From the NCBI GenBank assembly GCA_010909165.1, contig MU008184.1, forward strand, positions 558,001 to 622,000: a DNA stretch of 64,000 bases. Reading direction: 5' to 3'. The notes beneath the pieces were generated by a model. The model ran no database searches, had not been told where the DNA came from, and saw only the letters and a list, made by a program, of their open reading frames with translations. Positions 13,010-24,283 of this stretch are shown here, piece by piece. Made by a program: the position numbers and the translations under genes. Source of the stretch: Anthoceros angustus (Eukaryota > Plantae > Anthocerotophyta). Numbering within the stretch: position 1 is the stretch's first letter; every line of letters starts with the position of its first letter.

Positions 13010-13129
13010 TTTCAGATTTTCTTTTCTCGTCAGGTGATATATTATTGCTCTGCACATTGACTTGTCGATCGTGCACAGACATTGGTTTCCAGACTGCTTC
13101 GCTCCACACTTAAAGGAGCAAAAGCACGA

Positions 13130-15200
13130 ATTTTCTGTTGGATAGAGCTTGTCTGTAAATGGCGTGGTATCGAACTTCCAATCGAGCCCGAATCCTTTTC
13201 TCCATTTTCAAAAACTTGGAAATGACGTACACATTCTAGCAACCGTTCTGGATCACATAGTCTTGTTGAGCCTCCAGTTCTGTTTGGTAATCAGGTGGAC
13301 CCCTTTAAAGAAGACATGCGTGAGAACTTCAGTTTGGTGCGACTTTGAAAATTTTGGAGCTCCTCACTGTACCTTTGCTCATAACATTTTAATCTTAATA
13401 TCTTGGATGGACTTCCAACAAGTGGTTTTAGAGGGCATGTGTCAAGATTCGGATATTGCGATGTGCTACAATTATCTCGAAACATTCAGCTGGCTCTCAG
13501 TTCCACGGGCATTCAATTACATCACATACCATCTAGTAAAGCACACAATCAACGGCATGACGTTCTTGCGTGGTGAACTGAAAGGTGGTGCTTTTTGCTC
13601 CTCGAGCGGTATAAGTTTATGAACACCTCCATCTGTCCTTGACAATGGAGTCAATACCCCGCACTTCCTATGGCTGCAAGCTTTGTTGGGCAGTGAAAGA
13701 GTCTAGTGAAGAGCCAAAGGCTTGCAAGCTCTTACAAGTTTTCACCATCGAAGGGAATTCAGGAGCCTGTGGATGGTATTAACTTGGCCGTGCAACCTGC
13801 TCAGCCCAGCTGCAACCAACACACCCCATCCCCTCCGCGCTGAGAGCTCAACCAGTCTAGAGCACTTCATCATCTCCAACCTTTACATCCATAGCCAAAG
13901 CTCGAGGCCCCATGGGCACAGCACATCTGACAGTCTCCATCCATGCCTCCACTCGACTGTACGACATAAGCGACCGCTGCCCTCATGTGCCTGGTGCCTC
14001 CAGAAACTGAAAGCCGCTGGTTGCCGATCTGATATCACATCTACTTGATAATGCTCCACGCAGCTTTAGGGCAAGCCATTCCTCCCACGTCACGCACCGT
14101 CCCCATCCCCTGCTCTTTCCTTCAGTCTCTTCTTCCGCCTATCCTTAACCACCTCCGCCGGAACTTCACCATCCGCCACAACCCTACTCGTCCCTACCTT
14201 GTCCCAGTCCAGTTTTTTCTCCTCCTGACCACCATCCACCAATTCCTTCTCCACACTTTCCCTTCTCTTTCTCTTCTTCTCCTTCTGCTCCTGCCCACAG
14301 CAGCCTGCCCATCCTCCTCAGCCCCGTCCCTTCACAGCCTGCACCTTCGCGGCAGCTTCCTGTTCCTGCCCCATCTCCCGCCCACCATTCCCGCAAGCCA
14401 CCATTCCGTCATTCACCCCATTCACGTGCAGGAAGCTCCTCCGCCACGGGCAGAGTCAGCTCGCCCTTGGCCATCTGCCTTGCATTGCCACTTCATCCCG
14501 CAGAGCTTTGGCAACTGTGGAGATGTAGCTCAGCACGACCCCATCGCCCGGAAGAAAGTCACTTGTGGAAAATGCCTGCATGCAAGATGAAGCCTCCTGG
14601 AGGCTGCAAGGCCTGGTAGACACCATTGTGCACCGAATTCTCGTGGCCATACTAGCCCAGCCTGATCAGATCCTGGTTGTGAGGCCTGCCTATCAGGATT
14701 TCTATGTCCCTCTTAATCAGTCATCCGTCTCCTTCGAAGGTCGCAGAACCCTAATAAATAGAGCTCCGAAGCAGACGAGATCAAAGAGAGTCTGATGAGA
14801 GACAACTTGGAAGCCTATAATATAGACTAGACTAGCCTATACACAGTACACAACTTGGAAGCCTACAATATAGACTAGACTAGCCTATATGCAGTACATA
14901 TGTAGAAGAATTCATCCTGTCTTCCGATTGGCGGAACCCTAATTTAGATCTAGGGAAGATGGTGAGCATGGCGGATTTGAGTGACATGCCGAGGGCGCCA
15001 CTATTCCAGGTTTGCTTCTGTAGCGGCTGCCCTGTGAAAAAATAGTGATGAGACGTCCTATCCAAGATCTAAGTCTTTGGAGCCTGCTTTCGAGAATTCA
15101 CGGAAGCTTGCTGGTGAATTCATACCTTTTCAAGAAAATCACCTTGAACAAAATCGTGTAGCCAACAGGACGCTCCGTTTCTGAAGTGGTGCAGAATTGC
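13130..15200 (+). pseudogene. NYN-gene remnant 2, split by a ~1.17 kb insertion (13801-~14965)
   Basis: Collinear nucleotide similarity to 10820-11960 (VRTSVWCDFENFG; ccatctagtaaagcac intron start; 3' tail gtgacatg...ccaagatct), with stops and deletions. Confidence 0.8.
14090..14650 (-). pseudogene. Frameshifted twin of the 187-aa charged-protein ORF
   Basis: Same sequence as 15795-16358, with small indels that terminate the frame after 64 aa. Confidence 0.6.
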
Positions 15201-15794
15201 TCTCTCAGTTCCACGGGCATTCAATTACATCACATACCATCTAGTAAAGCACACAATCAACGGCATGACGTTCTTGCGTGGTGAACTGAAAGGTGGTGCT
15301 TTTGCTCCTCGAGCGGTATAAGTTTATGAACACCTCCATCTGTCCTTGACAATGGAGTCAATACCCGCACTTCCTATGGCTGCAAGCTTTGTTGGGCAGT
15401 GAAAGAGTCTAGTGAAGAGCCAAAGGCTTGCAAGCTCTTACAAGTTTTCACCATCGAAGGGAATTCAGGAGCCTGTGGATGGTATTAACTTGGCCGTGCA
15501 ACCTGCTCAGCCCAGCTGCAACCAACACACCCCATCCCTCCGCGCTGAGAGCTCAACCAGTCTAGAGCACTTCATCATCTCCAACCTTTACATCCATAGC
15601 CAAAGCTCGAGGCCCCATGGGCACAGCACATCTGACAGTCTCCATCCATGCCTCCACTCGACTGTACGACATAAGCGACCGCTGCCCTCATGTGCCTGGT
15701 GCCTCCAGAAACTGAAAGCCGCTGGTTGCCGATCTGATATCACATCTACTTGATAATGCTCCACGCAGCTTTAGGGCAAGCCATTCCTCCCACG

Positions 15795-16358
15795 TCACGC
15801 ACCGTCCCCATCCCCTGCTCTTTCCTTCAGTCTCTTCTTCCGCCTATCCTTAACCACCTCCGCCGGAACTTCACCATCCGCCACAACCCTACTCGTCCCT
15901 ACCTTGTCCCAGTCCAGTTTTTTCTCCTCCTGACCACCATCCACCAATTCCTTCTCCACACTTTCCCTTCTCTTTCTCTTCTTCTCCTTCTGCTCCCGCT
16001 CCACAGCAGCCTGCCCATCCTCCTCAGCCCGTCCCTTCACAGCCTGCACCTTCGCGGCAGCTTCCTGTTCCTGCCCCATCTCCCGCCCACCATTCCCGCA
16101 AGCCACCATTCCGTCATTCACCCCATTCACACGTGCAGGAAGCTCCTCCGCCACGGGCAGAGTCAGCTCGCCCTTGGCCATCTGCCTTTGCATTGCCACT
16201 TCATCCCGCAGAGCTTTGGCAACTGTGGAGATGTAGCTCAGCACGACCCCATCGCCCGGAAGAAAGTCACTTGTGGAAAATGCCTGCATGCAAGATGAAG
16301 CCTCCTGGAGGCTGCAAGGCCTGGTAGACACCATTGTGCACCGAATTCTCGTGGCCAT
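15795..16358 (-). CDS. Uncharacterised 187-aa protein with small N-terminal domain and Lys/Glu/Arg-rich tail (nucleolar-type), inserted antisense in an NYN remnant
   Basis: Uninterrupted ORF MATRIRCTMVSTRPCSLQEASSCMQAFSTSDFLPGDGVVLSYISTVAKAL...EREQKEKKRKRRESVEKE. Two telobox-like AACCCTAAT motifs lie in its upstream region. Confidence 0.55.
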   Translation of the reverse strand: MATRIRCTMVSTRPCSLQEASSCMQAFSTSDFLPGDGVVLSYISTVAKALRDEVAMQRQMAKGELTLPVAEELPARVNGVNDGMVACGNGGREMGQEQEAAAKVQAVKGRAEEDGQAAVEREQKEKKRKRRESVEKELVDGGQEEKKLDWDKVGTSRVVADGEVPAEVVKDRRKKRLKERAGDGDGA

Positions 16359-17382
16359 ACTAGCCCAGCCTGATCAGATCCTGGTTGTGAGGCCTGCCTA
16401 TCAGGATTTCTATGTCCCTCTTAATCAGTCATCCGTCTCCTTCGAAGGTCGCAGAACCCTAATAAATAGAGCTCCGAAGCAGACGAGATCAAAGAGAGTC
16501 TGATGAGAGACAACTTGGAAGCCTATAATATAGACTAGACTAGCCTATACACAGTACACAACTTGGAAGCCTACAATATAGACTAGACTAGCCTATATGC
16601 AGTACATATGTAGAAGAATTCATCCTGTCTTCCGATTGGCGGAACCCTAATTTAGATCTAGGGGAAGATGGTGAGCATGGCGGATTTGAGTGACATGCCG
16701 AGGGCGCCACTATTCCAGGTTTGCTTCTGTAGCGGCTGCCCTGTGAAAAAATAGTGATGAGACGTCCTATCCAAGATCTAAGTCTTTGGAGCCTGCTTTC
16801 GAGAATTCACGGAAGCTTGCTGGTGAATTCATACCTTTTCAAGAAAATCACCTTGAACAAAATCGTGTAGCCAACAGGACGCTCCGTTTCTGAAGTGGTG
16901 CAGAATTGCTCTCTCCAGTTCTACTGGTAACACTGAGTTGTAGGGTTTCGGACAGGGAATAAATAAACGGAAACGTAGACGAGGAGGAAACGTGGATGAG
17001 GAGCTATCGGCGTTGTTGAGGAGGCTTCATCGTGTTGTCCGCCGAGGGGCAGATGCTAAGAATGAGCTCGTCAGGGGCACTTCGGTGCGCTGGAAGTTGG
17101 CTCCGTCTCATTCCCATGCTGCGCTTGCCATGGACAGCATATATCCACACATGTCAGGGTGGTCCTCAGGAGCATAGCGCCTTGACGACAAGCAGCAGGG
17201 AGCGCATGCAGAGGATTGGCAGCTGCTCCTTCCGCAGCTGCAGCTAGCAGGTGGTCAGTACTTCTGTCATCGAAGCACATACATTTGATCGTCACTGCCA
17301 TTGCCAAGGCCAGGGCCTGGCCCGAGGCCTGGGCCTGCAGCAGCAGCATATGGTGGCGTCAGGAAGGCAGCATGCATATCGG

Positions 17383-17790
17383 ATGGAGCTTGTGGCGCTG
17401 AGCCCGGTCGTGGCGGTGTCCCTGGTGGCGTGCAGCAACCCGGCCATCGTGATCACCGACTGCGTGGTGCCCCCGGGAGTCGACCCTGCGTTGCTGAACG
17501 GGAGCTTCTTCGCAGTCAGGGGCCTCCAGCACGCGTCCTGGAGGCTGGCGACGTCTTCGTCTTCCCCAAAGGCGTGCTGCACTTCCAGTACAACCCTACC
17601 ACCGTCCCCGCCATCGATAGCGCCTTCTTCACCGTCCGCGGCTTCGCGGAAGGCCCCTTCAACTTCTTCTTCAGCAGCGTCAGCCCCGGCACCGTCTTCC
17701 CCCTTTGGATCCGGCGGCTTCAATTTCATCGTCCCCGAGAAGGCCTTCAAGATGTCGGCGGCCGACATGCGGAACCAGTTTGAACTTGAA
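17383..17790 (+). pseudogene. Germin-like protein copy 3, heavily deleted
   Basis: SNPAIVITDCVVPPGVDPALLNGSFF, then a deletion removing the HTHPRATE box, then GDVFVFPKGVLHFQYNP in another frame. Confidence 0.8.
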
Positions 17791-18511
17791 GTCGACCCCC
17801 TCTCTTCGTGCTCCAAATTTACCCATGTGTCCCACATACGAGAGCTCTGCGCACGGACACGGACCTCGGAGTGCCTTAAAGCTATTGCCTGATCAATTTC
17901 ATGGCTCCGATACAAGTACTAGCTCAAGTCTCCCAGCAAACCACATGCCATCTCAGCACATTGCAGGAGGCACTTCGGAAGTTAAGAGGGAATTTTCTGG
18001 TGCATGGACTACTTCCAATTCACTGTCCTTCAGCTGCCACTGTATGTGGAATATCAAAAAGGAGCTTGCCTGCAGATGGATCCGTTTTCCAATCGAGCCT
18101 TAAGCGTTTTCTCTATCCAAAAACCTGCGGACGAACAGTTCTTCAGTCTTTCTGGATCACCTAGTCTTGATGGTTTTAGCGAGTCTCCGGTTCTGTGTGG
18201 TAGGTGGTCAGGTATCCCTCTAAAGAAGACATATATAAGAACTTCAGTGTGGTGTGATTTTGAAATTGTGGAGTTCCCCACAGTATCGATGCTCATACCA
18301 TACTGCACGGACTCCGAACAAGTGGGTTTAGAGAGCATGTCTCAAGATTCGGAAGTGGGTAATTTAGAGAGCATGTGTCAAGATTCGGATATGGTGCTGT
18401 GCTACGATTATCTCGAAACATTCACCTGGCTGTAACTTCCACGGCTATACAACTAGATGGAATCGAAGTGCCAGGATCGAAAGCCGGGGTCTCGACCATT
18501 TTCATTATCAA

Positions 18512-18584
18512 GCTCCCGTGGCCTAATGGATAAGGCATCTGACTTCTAATCAGGGGACTGCGGGTTCGAGTCCCGCCGGGGGTG
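18512..18584 (+). tRNA. trnR-UCU: tRNA-Arg (TCT)
   Basis: 73-nt cloverleaf GCTCCCG..GCCT-AATGGATA-AGGC..TCTGA-CTTCTAA-TCAGG..GCGGG-TTCGAGT-CCCGC..CGGGGGT-G. A and B boxes are intact and there is an upstream CAA. No adjacent poly-T terminator. Confidence 0.9.
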
Positions 18585-18713
18585 TCCAGAGCGAAGGATG
18601 GTCCCGCGCCTGCGTCTCAATCTCCGAAGCAATCAATGCTTCGCGCGTGTGAAGGCTGGCGTAGCATGCCATGCCTTGCCCATCACGATGCTCAAAACTT
18701 TAAACGCAACACC

Positions 18714-19225
18714 ATGTACAGGTCCATACAGGATGTCACTGCCGTATTTTGCCCAGCACGGCACAACCCCAGTATACGCACCCACCACAACTGCCGTATT
18801 TTGCCCAGCACGGCACAACCCCAGTATACGCACCCACCACAACTGCCGTATTTTGCCCAGCACGGCACAACCCCAGTATACGCACCCACCACAACGAGGT
18901 TGTGATGTAAACCAACCATGCTTGATTTTAGAACCGTGCGCGAGAGTATGAACTGAGTGCGCAACCCCAGTATACACACCCACCATGTACAGGTCCATAC
19001 AGGATGTCACTGCCGTATTTTGCCCAGCACGGCACAACCCCAGTATATGCACCCACCACAACGAGGTTGTGATGTAAACCAACCATACTTGATTTTAGAA
19101 CCGTGCGCGAGAGTATGAACTGAGCGCGCAACCCCAGTATACGCACCCACCACAACGAGGTTGTGATGTAAACCAACCATGCTTGATTTTAGAACCGTGC
19201 GCGAGAGTATGAACTGAGCGCGGTG
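18714..19225. repeat. Tandemly amplified subterminal repeats in the left MULE TIR (52-bp unit x3 plus ~90-bp units)
   Basis: tgccgtattttgcccagcacggcacaaccccagtatacgcacccaccacaac is repeated, as is gaggttgtgatgtaaaccaacca...gaactgag. Each occurs once in the right TIR. Confidence 0.85.
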
Positions 19226-20054
19226 TCTCAAAACTAAAGACTAAGGCGGGGGAGCGATCCGGGAGGACGCGAGGACGGGAGGGAGGCGAGGCGGGGAGGG
19301 AGGGGCGCGGGGCGCGAGGACGGGAGGGAGGGCGCGGGGCGCGAGGACGGGAGGGAGGGCGCGGGCGGGCCACGGGAGGAGGGGCGGGGAGGAGGCGCGA
19401 GGCGGGGCGCGGGGCGGGGGAGGCGCAGTGGGGAGGCCACAGGCGGCCTTGGGAGGCCGCAGGGCGGTGGGGATGTGGCGGGTTGGGACGCCGGTTGTCG
19501 ATGGCTCTTCCGCCACTCAAATTCGATGAGTGATGTGTGATCGGCTCCATTCCGGTGGATGGCAAGTTCGGGGTCAAATGCAGTGGGTGATGAGCCGAGT
19601 ATGGCGATAAACATTGCATCGCTAGTATGTGGATGCCCTGAAAGCGGATTTGTGGGAGGAAGTGTTTTGTAGGTTCATCTTTGCAGGGCCCCTAGAAATG
19701 ATGCAGGTAAAGCCGCTTGGAGGCAGGCTCGTATAAGTCACAACTGGAAATGCACTTGGCCAGCCCACTATCTCGGTACTCGTGACCTCGGTAAACCTGC
19801 CGGTTGGAGTCTTGATGTCTGTTCACCAAAGTGAGGGAGGACAACTAGCAAAGGCGGGGACATCGTGGATGGGACGTATTTTTGAATCAGAAGTGTTCAG
19901 GTAGGAAATTGCCATACAGTAGCCTTCTAGCCATACAGTAGCCTTCATTATTGTACTAATTTGTAAAACATCCTAGTAAAGAAGTCCAGGCTATACAAGG
20001 TTAGAAACAGTCTGAACAAATTCCTCATAACAAATTCCTCAGAACAAATTCCTC

Positions 20055-20175
20055 AGCCCTCGATTGCAAAATTTCTTAGCCCTCGATTGCAAAATTTTTC
20101 AGCCCTCGATTGCAAAATTTTTCAGCCCTCGATTGCAAAATTTTTCAGCCCTCGATTGCAAAATTCTTCAGCCCT
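20055..20175. repeat. 23-bp tandem repeat x5 (agccctcgattgcaaaatttttc) at the 3' end of the MULE transposase
   Basis: Units at 20055, 20078, 20101, 20124 and 20147. Confidence 0.9.
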
Positions 20176-22660
20176 TAGCCTAAAGGTGTCACAAAGTAAT
20201 CACTTTTTTCTTCTTTGGTCTTGAGCGTTCTTCAATGCCCTTGAAACGCACTAACCGGTTGGTCCCGTCATTCGGAACAAACTCCTCTAATACCGGTTTA
20301 TTGCTTGAGGCCTCGTCCACCTGAGCTGCAACTTCCCTAATACGATGTTGTGCTTGTTCCATTATTGCGCAGACCTCAAACAAAATAGCAGGCTTGGCTT
20401 CCACAATGCTTGGAATACCCATGCAGATTGCATCCAAGTCTCGACGTCGTTTCAGCTTCAACTCCTCCAAGCTACCTGGGTTGATGGGAAGATGTGCGAC
20501 AACAAGATTGTCAGACAGTTGTATCCGAACATGATTATCATGTGATATCTCATTCTCCGAACAAGATTTAGGTCGTAATGTTCTTCCTTCTTCTTGTGCC
20601 CGAACATAAGATCCATTGGTACACCAAGCAAGGCGCAATAATCGAAGTATGTTCAAATATACCACATACATTGCACCTTCACAACATGTTTGCAAATGAA
20701 TCCTTTCGCCCCATCCCACAAGTACAAAATGCCCATGGAGAATGTGCACCTCAATGACGTAAACCTTGTCACTATCCTCGAGGACATGCAATATGCAACA
20801 AGAGACCCAACAGACGGAATATGACGGCCTCGTCAGGATGGTGCTCATGGACAAAACATGCTCATATACCTTCTCGAGTTTTAAATTCGCTTGTAACCCC
20901 CCTTGGTGAAATCAAGGTACCGAATGCCGTGCTACCTGCTCACAAGTTGATGAAGAAGCCAATCCATACGCCTTCCGCAACGCAGCCTTGGTAAAAGATA
21001 CTCTTTCCTTCAAGAATCGATGAAAGGCCTCCAGGCGACGTGGTATCTTGTCCGGTGGGAAACATCCTGCTTCTTCAACCACATGTCCGCATAAAGAAAT
21101 GCGAAACATTATTACACACAGCCGACACCATGTGAACATCCATTCAAGCAACCCTTACCGCAGAAAGAAACTAGTGCACTTTGGGCAAAGAATAATACCT
21201 ATAGAGTCACCCCACTGCTTCTTGAAATACTCAACAAAGGCTGGTTGACTTCCATGCCACTCCTTGTAGAAGAACTCTAACAATACCTTACCCCATGCGA
21301 CAATACCATCTTGCGTATTATGGCCTCTGACATACATGATCTCCGCAAGAGCTGCCCAAATCTTCTTCCTTGCAATAATGCACTTTACCTTCTTTAAAAG
21401 GTTTCACGCCAGCCTTCCTTACATGCCATAGACACAACACAACATGTATGTTGGCCCCCATACCGCTTAAGGCACCTATCTCGCTAAACAATCATCAACT
21501 AGGAAGCAACTAGGGACCCATGTTGCACATGTTGTAAGAGCGACATGTCGGAGTGGCGTCAACCATGATACCAAAGAAAGTATAGTAGCCTCCTGTTAGT
21601 GCCCAAGCAATCGGAATACCATTAAGGTGTTGATCAAAACCATCACCGTAAATAAGTGGTACCTATACTTGTTCATACCAAATGTGGCGTCCATGGCTAA
21701 AACACTATTGTTACCATGCTTGATGAACATGCCGCATGAAAGGAGTTTGCAACCCTAAAACAAAAGGTTCACCAGTTCGATCTATGGAAGATAAGGTCAA
21801 GATTCACTTTGAGCCACATCTCGTGGACTTTACATCATCGTGGTCTAGTTTCCACTCACCCGCTTCCACTTGTCGTTTCATGTTCAACACATCCTTGCGC
21901 GCATGTAGTCATCTCGAACGTCACCACCACGCTCATGTCCTATGTAGTGACTCATCTTCTCGACACAACCGCAACATGCCGACGCATAATCTCCGACACG
22001 ATACCTTGCAATAAAGACAATGTTTAACCCAATCCTTTTCTCTTCGAGATCCAAGGAGCTCTAGACAATTTAGGGTGTCCCACATACTTGGACCATGACG
22101 GATATCACCCTTTCGATCTCGTCGCCTCTTCATGAAGAAGGATTTGAGCAACTTGTGGAATAAGCGCAATCGCTTCACAACAAAATTGGCCATACATCCG
22201 GTCTTCATGCGCACATTCTTGGGTGTGGTAGCAATGGAAATCCTCCGGTCCATATGAACACCAATACCTACATAGAAACACACGACAAAGAAATACCAAG
22301 ATTTGGCTTCAACTTAAGGCAAAGAAAGCACATGGACAGAGGCCACCAAGCCGAAACCCAAATGGTCGTGGAAATTAGTGTAGAGAACTTGGAAGTTGCG
22401 AAAGTACGATATATGTGATTGCGGTTCTAAGGACGGCACAATTGGTGGTGGTAGTGAATTTTGAGTCTTTGAATCCTTCCGATAGAAACTTGCAGCACAT
22501 TTGAAGCCTTCACCAAATGAAATCTTCTACTCTATTCCATGGAATGTAGGCAATCTTCAAATCCTTCAAAACCGCCAAGTTAGATTCTCGATGAATTGAC
22601 CAAGCCCTGAAATTGCACCTTCAGCGGACACTCCATGGACGGAGCACGCTTGGCGCCGAA

Positions 22661-22759
22661 TGCTTGGTTTAGGTTAATGTGTTTGTCTTTGGGTGCTTGG
22701 TTTAGGTTAATCTGTTTGTCTTTGGGTGCTTGGTTTAGGTTAATCTGTTTGTCTTTGGG
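22661..22759. repeat. 33-bp tandem repeat x3 (tgcttggtttaggttaatctgtttgtctttggg)
   Basis: Three adjacent near-identical units just inside the right TIR. Confidence 0.85.
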
Positions 22760-23060
22760 ATGGTTTGTTTAAGACACCCGCGCTCAGTTCATACTCTCGC
22801 GCACGGTTCTAAAATCAAGCATGGTTGGTTTACATCACAACCTCGTTGTGGTGGGTGCGTATACTGGGGTTGTGCCGTGCTGGGCAAAATACGGCAGTGA
22901 CATCCTGTATGGACCTGTACATGGTGTTGCGTTTAAAGTATACCACGATGAGAGAGCATCGTGATGGGCGAGGCATGGCATGCCACGCCAGCCTTCACAC
23001 GCGCGAAGCATTGATTGCTTCGGAGATTGAGACGCCGGGGGTGTCCAGAGCAATCCTTCT

Positions 23061-23340
23061 CCCTCATGCGAGTAGAAGGTTTGCCCTCATGCGAGTAGAA
23101 GGTTTGCCCTCATGCGAGTAGAAGGTTTGCCCTCATGCGAGTAGAAGGTTTGCCCTCATGCGAGTAGAAGGTTTGCCCTCATGCGAGTAGAAGGTTTGCC
23201 CTCATGCGAGTAGAAGGTTTGCCCTCATGCGAGTAGAAGGTTTGCCCTCATGCGAGTAGAAGGTTTGCCCTCATGCGAGTAGAAGGTTTGCCCTCATGCG
23301 AGTAGAAGGTTTGCCTTCATGCGAGAAGAAGGAAACCTTC
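23061..23340. repeat. 23-bp minisatellite (ccctcatgcgagtagaaggtttg), 11 perfect copies + 1 degenerate
   Basis: Perfect periodicity from 23061 to 23313 with no spacers. Confidence 0.95.
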
Positions 23341-24283
23341 TACAATTTTTGTCTTCATCGCGCAGTCATACGAACGACGTCACATACCATCTCGTAAAGC
23401 ACCCAATCTATGCCATGACGGTCTTGCGTGGTAGACTGTAGGTGGTGCTTTGTTGCAGCTCGAGTAGTGCAAATTTATGAACACCTCCATCTGTCCTTTT
23501 GAGTCTTTGACATTGTCCTTAATCAATATCACTTCGCATGGCTGCAAGCTGTGTTTGGCAGTGGAAGTGTCTACCTAGTGAGGGGTCTCCCTCTTGAAGA
23601 GGATGATAAAGAAAGTGAGAAGCGGACTTGAGTGGCATGTCAAGGCGCCACTATCCTCGCTGGTTCGCTGTAAGCTTGTGGAGAAGGACACTTGTTTCAT
23701 GAACCAGCTACCTGAAGTCACTGCCTGCCTCTCTGGAGTTCGCGGAAGCTTGTGAAACCTTCTCACACAACGCTCCGTCTGTGGGTGCACAATTCGCGAG
23801 GCAAAGTTATACTTTGTGACGTTGGGGTAGTCGAAGAGCCCATCGGTGTTGTTGAGGAGGCTTCCTCGTGTTTTCCGCCATGGGGCTGATTCCAAGAGAT
23901 TAGCGCGTCAGGAGCTGCAATTCGGTGCGTACTGTTGCCCCAGCTTGCCGTCCCGACGGTCCGCTGTGTGGAACAAGCTTAAGGCTTACCTCGTTTCAAG
24001 GAACAGCTGCATGGTGCATCGACCAGGGACAGGCCACTGGTGCTGACGCTGACGATGGACGATGGTTTTCATTCCTACCGGCGGCCGTGCCACCTGGCAG
24101 CCAAGAGGCCGGAAGTGGGCGGTAGCTCAATCCGCTGCTGCGAGCCATGGACAGCATATCCGCACATCTCTGGGCAGTCCAGAGGTAGATAAGATATGCA
24201 GTGCGCCATGAGGAGAAGCAGCAGGGAGCGGCAGGCACCGCAGCAGCAGCTAACTCGAGGCTGGTGATCAGCAGTGCCAGCAG

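Larger units (their letters stand above)
13494..16913. repeat. Near-identical ~1.71 kb direct tandem duplication (13494-15201 / 15202-16913)
   Basis: The two blocks match almost base for base. Junction microhomology gctctc(tc)agtt. Differences are mostly 1-3 nt indels. Confidence 0.9.
18612..23035 (-). mobile_element. Mutator-like (MULE) DNA transposon with long TIRs and a degenerate transposase
   Basis: Inverted termini gcgtctcaatctccgaagcaatcaatgcttcgcgcgtgtgaaggctggcg... occur at both ends (right arm ~22770-23035). Minus-strand fragments: GCMANFVVKRL, HLNGIPIAWA, IMVDA, VVLCLWHVRKA, FVEYFKKQW and a SWIM-like region, with many stops and frameshifts. Confidence 0.85.
17880..23800 (+). pseudogene. 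NYN-gene remnant 3, split in two (17880-~18455 and ~23380-23800) by the tRNA/MULE insertion
   Basis: The left part matches 10640-11195 up to caacta. The right part resumes at cacataccatctcgtaaagc, the exon1/intron junction of the intact NYN gene. Confidence 0.75.

Noticed and set aside
18582-19619. Several repetitive ORFs (YAPTTT, PRPPSRPRA)
   Set aside because: Translations of TIR sub-repeats and the G-rich tract.
23061-23340. Regular repeat resembling a CRISPR array
   Set aside because: Units are contiguous with no unique spacers, there are no cas genes, and the context is eukaryotic.
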